Source: a bacterium (GTDB lineage Bacteria > Zhuqueibacterota > Zhuqueibacteria > Residuimicrobiales > Krinioviventaceae). Taken from it: a DNA stretch of 64,000 bases. Position numbers and translations under genes: made by a program. Below the pieces are notes generated by a model. That model did not search any database, was not told the DNA's origin, and saw only the letters and a program-made list of their open reading frames with translations. Every line of letters starts with the position of its first letter. Positions within the stretch are counted from its first letter, which is position 1. The stretch is taken from NCBI GenBank assembly GCA_963693055.1, contig OY843751.1, positions 5,984,001 to 6,048,000 on the forward strand, read 5' to 3'. Positions 57,766 to 64,000 of the stretch are shown piece by piece.

Positions 57766-58770
57766 TTAACGAACGTATTCGTTTTTGAATTCATTCAAAG
57801 CTTTCATATAATTTGCTCTTTCAAAAGCACCAGGATCAGCAACAGCTTTTTGGCTCATACTTCCACGAAGAATATCAAGAGAAGCATATTCTTTTTCTTC
57901 GAGCCATTTTTCCATATTAGTTAATATTGTTCCTAAATAAGAAGGACCATTAACCAATAATGATGCACACATTTGAGTAACATCTGCACCTGCTGCGATC
58001 AATTTTAAAGCATCCATAGCAGTATGAACACCGGTTGTTCCTGCGAGAGAAATATCCATTTTATCTCTTAAAATAGCAATCCATCTCAATGGTACTCTAA
58101 GATCGTTTGATGAAGAAAGTACAACACCAGGTTTTACTTCAAGTTCATCAAGATCCAGATCTGGTTGATAAAAACGATTAAACATAATCAAAGCATCTGC
58201 ACCATTGTCTTGTAATTCAAGAGCAGTTCTTGGAATAGAACTGAAATTTGAACCTATTTTAACAGCAACAGGAATATTAACATTTGCTTTAACAGCTTTT
58301 AAAATAATATTGTATTGATTTTCAATCTGACGACATTCCATTCCGGAGTCGGTTGCTAAAAAGTAAATATTTAATTCAAGAGCATCTGCACCTGCATCTT
58401 GCATTTTTTTAGCATAGTCAATCCAACCACCTGTTGATACACCATTTAAACTGGCAATTACAGGAATATTGGTTGATTTTTTTACAGCCTGAATATGTTC
58501 CAGATATTCTTCAGGACCTCTGTAATAATCATCAGATTCAGGAAAATAAGATAAAGCTTCAGCAAAACTGTGAGTTCCTCTTGTCAAAAAGTAATCCATT
58601 TCACTTGCTTCAAAATTGATCTGTTCTTCAAATAAAGAGTATAAAACAATTGCAGATGCACCCGCATCTTCAAGTTTCTTTATGTTATCCAAATCTTTTG
58701 ATAGCGGAGAAGCAGATGGTACAAGAGGATTTTTTAAAGTTAATCCCATATATTTGGTTGTTAAATCCAT
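57766..58770 (-). CDS. Dihydroorotate dehydrogenase-like flavoprotein (PFOR-associated family)
   Basis: LKNPLVPSASPLS, SLFEEQI, ELNIY (lacks the catalytic SCPN), FNRFYQPD, LRWIAIL. Confidence 0.85.
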   Translation of the reverse strand: MDLTTKYMGLTLKNPLVPSASPLSKDLDNIKKLEDAGASAIVLYSLFEEQINFEASEMDYFLTRGTHSFAEALSYFPESDDYYRGPEEYLEHIQAVKKSTNIPVIASLNGVSTGGWIDYAKKMQDAGADALELNIYFLATDSGMECRQIENQYNIILKAVKANVNIPVAVKIGSNFSSIPRTALELQDNGADALIMFNRFYQPDLDLDELEVKPGVVLSSSNDLRVPLRWIAILRDKMDISLAGTTGVHTAMDALKLIAAGADVTQMCASLLVNGPSYLGTILTNMEKWLEEKEYASLDILRGSMSQKAVADPGAFERANYMKALNEFKNEYVR

Positions 58771-58845
58771 ATTTCGCTATCCTTTCGAAATTTCGTGTTT
58801 AAAGATAATTGCAGCGCTTGATGCGCTGCAATCTAAACAATTCAA

Positions 58846-61800
58846 TTATTCTTCATTACCGTTACTATAATCCATTGCTGCCCATTCCTGGTAAATTTTA
58901 ATGCGTTTGGTAATATCTTCCTGTGCAAGACCCAACAGCATTTTTGCGCGTTCAGGTTGTGATTTGGTCAGCATCTTGAAACGATTTTCACGGTAAGCAA
59001 AATCTTCAAAAGTAATTTTCGGAGGTTTAGAATCCAATGTTAATGGATTTTTTCCTTCAGCAGCGTTTTCTGGATTGAAACGGAATAATTGATAATGACC
59101 GCTTTCAACCGCAGCTTTTTGCTCTTCCATACCTTTTGCCATATTTATACCATGAGCAATACAGTGAGAATATGCAAAAATGATACTAGGACCATCATAT
59201 GCATCAGCTTCCATCATTGCTTTAACAACCTGGAGATCATTATAACCCATTGCAACGCGTGCAACATAAATATTTCCATAAGTCATAAAAATCATACCGG
59301 CATCTTTTTTCGGTAATGGTTTACCAGCTGCTGCAAATTTTGCTACTGCTCCAAGAGGAGTTGATTTTGACATCTGGCCACCAGTATTTGAGTAAACTTC
59401 GGTATCCATAACCAAGATATTAATATTACGTCCGGAAGCCAGTACATGGTCTAAACCGCCATAACCAATATCATAGGCCCATCCGTCACCACCTAAAATC
59501 CAAACACTCTTTTTAACCAGTTTATCTGCAAGTGAAAGCAAGTGTTTAGCTTCCTGTGAAGAATTACCAGCCAGTTTATCTTTTAGTGTTTTTACACGTT
59601 CGCGTTGATCATGAATTCCGGCTTCATCAGATTGGTCAGCTTCTAATATTTCTTTTACTAATGTATCACCAATTTCTGAAGAAAGCGTTTGAACCAATTC
59701 ACGTGCAAATTCATTTTGTTTATCAAGAGTCATTCTGAAACCCATACCAAATTCGGCATTATCTTCAAATAATGAATTTGACCATGCGGGTCCGCGACCA
59801 TTTTGATCCTTGGTATAGGGGAAGGTTGGCAAGTTACCACCATAAATAGAAGAACAACCGGTAGCATTTGCAATAACACTGCGATCACCAAATAATTGTG
59901 AAAGCAGTTTTACATATGGAGTTTCACCACAGCCAGCACAGGCACCTGAATATTCAAATAATGGACGAAGTAATTGTGAACCTTTAACAGTTCCAACTTT
60001 GATTTCTCTTCTATCCGGTTCCGGAAGATCGAGGAAGAATTTATAATTATCACGTTCTGCTTCTCGAATAGGTGGTTGTGGAACCATGTTGATTGCTTTT
60101 TTACCAACTTCTTTTTTATTCTTAGCAGGACAAACTTCAACACAAAGCGTACAACCGGTACAATCTTCAGGAGCAACCTGGAGTGTAAATACCCAGTCTT
60201 CAGGAAAATCTTTACCACGTGCTTTTACAGATTTGAATGTTTCCGGAGCACCAGACAAGTTTTTAGGATCATAAACTTTGGGTCTAATTGCTGCATGAGG
60301 ACAAACCATAGCACATTTATTACATTGTATACATGTTTCCGGATCCCATTCCGGAATATCAAGTGCAATATTGCGTTTATCAAATTGAGTAGTGCCACTT
60401 TCAAAAGTACCATCTACAGGGAAAGCACTTGTTGGAACATCATCACCTTTATTAACAATAATTTTAGAAACAACATTTTTTACAAATTCAGGTGCATCAT
60501 CAGGAATCAGTTGTGGCATATCTTTATCGCTTGTTACTGAATCCGGAATTTTTACTTCATGCAGATGAGCAAGGGTTTCATCAACCGCTTTATAGTTCAT
60601 CTGAACAATTTGATCACCTTTTTTGCTATATGTTTTTTTAATAGCTCCCTTGATGTATTCAATAGCTTCGTCTTTTGGAAGAACGCCTGAAATTGCAAAG
60701 AAACAGGTCTGCATAATAGTATTGATTCTTACGCCCATACCGGTTTTTTTAGCTACATCATATGCGTCAATTACATATAATTTCATTTTTTTATCAATAA
60801 TTGTCTTCTGAATGGGTTTAGCAAGGGTATTCCAAACTTCTTCAGGGCTAGCCAAAGAGTTTAACAAGAATGTTGCACCATCGGCCGCTTTTTCAACAAC
60901 ATTGAATTTTTCAATAAAAAATTGTTGATGGCAAGCTACAAAATTAGCTTGATTAATTAAATAAGTAGAATGAATTTCTTTGGGACCAAATCTAAGGTGA
61001 GATACGGTAACTGAACCGGCTTTTTTAGAATCATATACAAAATAGCCCTGTGCAAAATTTTCAGTTTCTTCACCAATAATTTTAATAGAGTTTTTATTTG
61101 CGCCAACAGTACCATCTGAACCCAAACCATAGAAAATAGCTCTAACTACATCATCACTTTCAGTAGAGTAGTTTGGATCGTAATCGAGACTTGAATGAGT
61201 TAAATCTTCATTAATACCAACAGTAAAATGGTTTTTAGGTTTATCTTGCGCCAAATTATCGAAAATACCTTTAACCATTGCAGGAGTAAATTCTTTTGAA
61301 GAAAGACCATAACGGCCTCCTATAACCTTAGGTAAAGCAAAAGGTAATTTACCATCCTGGTTCATTTCACCAAGCACTGTAAGTACATCATTATAAAGAG
61401 GTTCACCAGTTGAACCGGGTTCCTTTGTACGATCAAGAACACCCAGTGTTTTTACAGAAGCAGGAATTGCTTTAATAAAATGTTCAGCTGAGAAAGGACG
61501 ATACAATCTTACTTTGATCATACCCACTTTTTCACCTTGAGAATTCATATATTCAACAGCTTCCTGAGCTGCTTCTGCACCTGAACCCATAAGAATGATT
61601 ACGCGTTCTGCATTGGGATCTCCAACATAATCAAAAAGATTATATTGACGACCAACAATTTTTGCAAATTTATCCATTGCAGTTTGTACTTTTTCAGGAC
61701 AAACATCATAAAAAGGATTTACAGTTTCGCGAGCCTGAAAGAAAACATCCGGATTTTGTGCAGTACCACGAATTACAGGATTATCAGGAGTTAAACCACG

Positions 61801-62415
61801 TGAACGATGTTCCAATACTTTATCATCATCGATCATTGCTTTAATATCATCAACTGTTAATTGTTCAACTTTTTGAACTTCATGAGATGATCTAAAACCA
61901 TCAAAAAAGTGAATAAAAGGAACACGTGTATGGAGAGTTGCTGCCTGCGATATTAATGCAAAATCCATAATTTCCTGAATTGAATTAGAAGCCAGCAAAG
62001 CCCAACCAGTTGAGCGAGTGGCTAAAATATCACTATGATCACCAAAAATTGAAAGCGCATGAGTAGCAACTGTACGTGCTGAAACGTGAAATACGGTTGA
62101 TGTTAATTCACCGGCAATTTTGAACATATTCGGGATCATCAGCAGCAATCCCTGAGACGCAGTAAATGTAGTGGTTAAAGCACCAGTCTGCAATGCACCA
62201 TGAACAGCACCTGAAGCACCACCTTCACTCTGCATTTCTACAACCTGGGGGACAGTACCCCAGATGTTCTTTTGCCCGGCGGCTGAAAAAGCATCAGACC
62301 ATTCACCCATCGGAGAAGATGGAGTAATTGGATATATTGCTATAACTTCATTCACCTTATGGGCCACATAGGCGGCAGCTTCGTTACCGTCTAATGTTAC
62401 CATTTTTCTTGACAT
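58846..62415 (-). CDS. nifJ: Pyruvate:ferredoxin (flavodoxin) oxidoreductase (start re-called at MSRKMVT)
   Basis: YPITPSS, EMQSEGGA, GGRYGLSSKEF, CIQCNKC..CP and CTGC..C..CP ferredoxin motifs, GGDGWAYDIG TPP motif; GGAGG SD. Confidence 0.97.
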   Translation of the reverse strand: MSRKMVTLDGNEAAAYVAHKVNEVIAIYPITPSSPMGEWSDAFSAAGQKNIWGTVPQVVEMQSEGGASGAVHGALQTGALTTTFTASQGLLLMIPNMFKIAGELTSTVFHVSARTVATHALSIFGDHSDILATRSTGWALLASNSIQEIMDFALISQAATLHTRVPFIHFFDGFRSSHEVQKVEQLTVDDIKAMIDDDKVLEHRSRGLTPDNPVIRGTAQNPDVFFQARETVNPFYDVCPEKVQTAMDKFAKIVGRQYNLFDYVGDPNAERVIILMGSGAEAAQEAVEYMNSQGEKVGMIKVRLYRPFSAEHFIKAIPASVKTLGVLDRTKEPGSTGEPLYNDVLTVLGEMNQDGKLPFALPKVIGGRYGLSSKEFTPAMVKGIFDNLAQDKPKNHFTVGINEDLTHSSLDYDPNYSTESDDVVRAIFYGLGSDGTVGANKNSIKIIGEETENFAQGYFVYDSKKAGSVTVSHLRFGPKEIHSTYLINQANFVACHQQFFIEKFNVVEKAADGATFLLNSLASPEEVWNTLAKPIQKTIIDKKMKLYVIDAYDVAKKTGMGVRINTIMQTCFFAISGVLPKDEAIEYIKGAIKKTYSKKGDQIVQMNYKAVDETLAHLHEVKIPDSVTSDKDMPQLIPDDAPEFVKNVVSKIIVNKGDDVPTSAFPVDGTFESGTTQFDKRNIALDIPEWDPETCIQCNKCAMVCPHAAIRPKVYDPKNLSGAPETFKSVKARGKDFPEDWVFTLQVAPEDCTGCTLCVEVCPAKNKKEVGKKAINMVPQPPIREAERDNYKFFLDLPEPDRREIKVGTVKGSQLLRPLFEYSGACAGCGETPYVKLLSQLFGDRSVIANATGCSSIYGGNLPTFPYTKDQNGRGPAWSNSLFEDNAEFGMGFRMTLDKQNEFARELVQTLSSEIGDTLVKEILEADQSDEAGIHDQRERVKTLKDKLAGNSSQEAKHLLSLADKLVKKSVWILGGDGWAYDIGYGGLDHVLASGRNINILVMDTEVYSNTGGQMSKSTPLGAVAKFAAAGKPLPKKDAGMIFMTYGNIYVARVAMGYNDLQVVKAMMEADAYDGPSIIFAYSHCIAHGINMAKGMEEQKAAVESGHYQLFRFNPENAAEGKNPLTLDSKPPKITFEDFAYRENRFKMLTKSQPERAKMLLGLAQEDITKRIKIYQEWAAMDYSNGNEE

Positions 62416-62521
62416 TACTTCCTCCATAAGATCATGAGACAATTGAAAAATTATATAAAATTTAAATAATGGTACTAATTAAAAATATATCTGAGAGAGA
62501 TAGAGGCAATTAGTACGGGTC

Positions 62522-62550
62522 AAATTAAACAAAATTTACATCTTTTGCAA
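62522..62550 (-). promoter_or_regulatory. Sigma70-type promoter for PFOR
   Basis: TTGCAA-N17-TAATTT. Confidence 0.5.
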
Positions 62551-62656
62551 GGAATTTAAAAGGTGGCTGGCTTATATTACATGACGATAAATTTCTATAA
62601 ATTAACGAGTTAAAAAAAATATAAATTTTCTTTTTAAGGTTTATGTATCTTTTTAC

Positions 62657-62684
62657 TTGACTTTTTGAAAAAATTTGCTAACTT
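62657..62684 (+). promoter_or_regulatory. Sigma70-type promoter for tRNA-Phe
   Basis: TTGACT-N16-TAACTT with a TGn extended -10. Confidence 0.6.
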
Positions 62685-62699
62685 GATGTCTGTCTTTGT

Positions 62700-62772
62700 G
62701 GCGCTTTAGCTCAGTCGGTAGAGCAAGGGACTGAAAATCCCTGTGTCCCCAGTTCGATTCTGGGAGGCGCCA
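62700..62772 (+). tRNA. tRNA-Phe(GAA), CCA not encoded
   Basis: GGCGCTT/AGGCGCC acceptor stem, AGGGA-CTGAAAA-TCCCT anticodon arm, GTTCGATTC. Confidence 0.96.
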
Positions 62773-62777
62773 CTTTT

Positions 62778-62808
62778 AAACCCTGTCTATTAGATAGGGT
62801 TTTTTTTT
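62778..62808 (+). terminator. Rho-independent terminator after tRNA-Phe
   Basis: AAACCCTGTCT-att-AGATAGGGTTT followed by a T run. Confidence 0.85.
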
Positions 62809-62879
62809 ATCCATACCTTGACTAAATAAATTTTTTTTAAATTCTATATCTTGATTAACATTCTATGTATTCTTATACA

Positions 62880-63170
62880 TATCTTTCCTTCAAAAAGATC
62901 ATTCCATATTATATATAATATATATATATATTATAAAAGATTAGTTATAGTAGGTAACGTGGATATGTTGATAACTTTTAAAACAGGACGTATATCCTTA
63001 AAAAATAGTTGGAGAATACAATATTTATTCACATTTTGATGTGAATGGATTGTGGATCATTCTTGCTTTACTAACCAATGTGTAAAAGTATTTTTAGCTA
63101 TGTGGGTTGTTTTTGAGTAATTCACATACTATACACTTGTTTTCGGGGATAATCAAGAGTTATCCATATT
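62880..63170. other. Probable chromosomal replication origin (oriC)
   Basis: DnaA boxes at 62958-62966, 62966-62974, 63025-63033 (TTATTCACA), 63051-63059, 63079-63087, 63118-63126 and 63160-63168; DnaA-trio-like tract and TA cluster at about 62908-62952; the coding strand switches nearby. Confidence 0.8.
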
Positions 63171-63222
63171 TCAAGTGTTAATAAGTTAAAATATAATTTA
63201 AATTAAAGAAAAATATATAGTT

Positions 63223-64000
63223 ATGAATAATAATTTTTACAATAAATTTGACATTGAAACCTTTGAAAAACGTGATACTGATTATCGAACACCTTTTCAA
63301 ATTGACCGTGACAGAATTATCCACAGTTTTGCTTTTAGAAGGCTGCAGGCAAAAACTCAGGTTTTCTTTTCCGGTGAATATGATTTTTACAGAACGCGTC
63401 TGACACATTCGATCGAAGTTGCTCAAATTGGTAGATCCATTTGTAATTCTTTAAAAAATTCCAGCAAATATCTTGATGATACTTTTTATATAGATGCGGA
63501 TTTGGTAGAAGCTGCGTGCCTGGCACATGATCTGGGCCATCCGCCTTTTGGCCATGCTGGTGAAAGTAAGCTGAATTTGCTTATGCGCCCTTATGGTGGC
63601 TTTGAAGGTAACGCCCAAACGTTACGGTTTTTAACTGACACTATATATTCCAGTCATGGGCACCGAAAAGGAATGAAACCAACACGAGCATTTATAGATA
63701 GTATATTAAAGTATAAAGAATTATTCAATGAAAAAAAGAAACCCAAAAACCATTTTCTTTATACGGACCAGCAGGAAATACTGGATTTTGTTTTTAATCG
63801 GTCACCATTTCCGGAAGATATTACTCCGCGAATAAATAAATTCCGAAGCATTGAATGTCAGATCATGGACTGGTCTGATGATACTTCGTATTCTTTGAAC
63901 GATATGGTTGACAGTATAAAAACCGGTTTTATTACCCTTGAAAAAATAGAAAAATGGGAAAATGATCAACAACTGTCAGATCCGGATGAAATAGAAATAG
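63223..64000 (+). CDS. dgt: dNTP triphosphohydrolase (dGTPase, HD domain), 3'-truncated; not in the ORF track
   Basis: MNNNFY...RTPFQIDRDRIIHSFAFRRLQAKTQVF...RTRLTHSIEVAQI...AHDLGHPPFGHAGE...FEGNAQT; frame is open to the window end. Confidence 0.93.
   Translation, partial: MNNNFYNKFDIETFEKRDTDYRTPFQIDRDRIIHSFAFRRLQAKTQVFFSGEYDFYRTRLTHSIEVAQIGRSICNSLKNSSKYLDDTFYIDADLVEAACLAHDLGHPPFGHAGESKLNLLMRPYGGFEGNAQTLRFLTDTIYSSHGHRKGMKPTRAFIDSILKYKELFNEKKKPKNHFLYTDQQEILDFVFNRSPFPEDITPRINKFRSIECQIMDWSDDTSYSLNDMVDSIKTGFITLEKIEKWENDQQLSDPDEIEI

Noticed and set aside
57766-58770. Calling this gene pyrD
   Set aside because: It lacks the catalytic SCPN loop and matches the PFOR-associated DHOD-like group instead.
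796-61844. Many short plus-strand and alternative-frame ORFs in the track
   Set aside because: They lie antisense to or nested within well-supported genes and show no recognisable motifs, so they are treated as shadow ORFs.
62905-62936. (TA)n microsatellite or contingency locus
   Set aside because: Better explained as the AT cluster of the origin unwinding element next to DnaA boxes and trios.
63178-63526. Two minus-strand ORFs near the right end
   Set aside because: They are antisense to the clearly recognisable dgt gene starting at 63223.
1-64000. CRISPR array, rRNA, riboswitch or prophage genes
   Set aside because: No regularly spaced direct repeats, cas, rRNA or phage-like genes were recognised, and the intergenic gaps are short and mostly accounted for. 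A covariance-model scan was not possible.

Overview
Origin-proximal chromosome segment of a diderm, probably anaerobic bacterium. A T9SS-type C-terminal domain (CTD) and a PorV-like gene occur together with canonical TTGACA/TAnnnT promoters and Shine-Dalgarno sites, which suggests an FCB-adjacent lineage such as KSB1/Calditrichota (inference). Every CDS from 699 to about 62415 is on the minus strand. Most are housekeeping genes: gltX, dprA, obgE, an aminotransferase, pta, coaD, rsmD, hrcA-grpE-dnaJ, ftsEX, a surA/ppiC cluster, mfd, rsmG, mnmG, mnmE, yidC, yidD, rnpA, rpmH and PFOR, plus four tRNAs. Three things stand out. (1) A 17.8-kb five-gene cluster (5016-22832) encodes a small secreted Ig-like protein, a 3157-aa multi-Ig surface protein with a T9SS-like CTD, a PorV-like barrel fused to a TPR tail, a membrane-anchored RsbW-kinase/HAMP/PP2C-phosphatase fusion with an HTH, a very long acidic linker and a TPR, and a STAS protein. 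The last two share an IS481-transposase-like HTH domain. This is a candidate trans-envelope, surface-sensing partner-switching system with no sigma factor in the cluster. (2) A likely oriC (DnaA boxes, DnaA-trios and an AT cluster) lies at about 62.9-63.2 kb, away from any dnaA gene, and two perfect parS sites lie at 51.7 kb. (3) The far left end is the probable edge of an island at tRNA-Gln carrying an Abi_C-like gene. All calls come from reading motifs by eye; no database searches were run.
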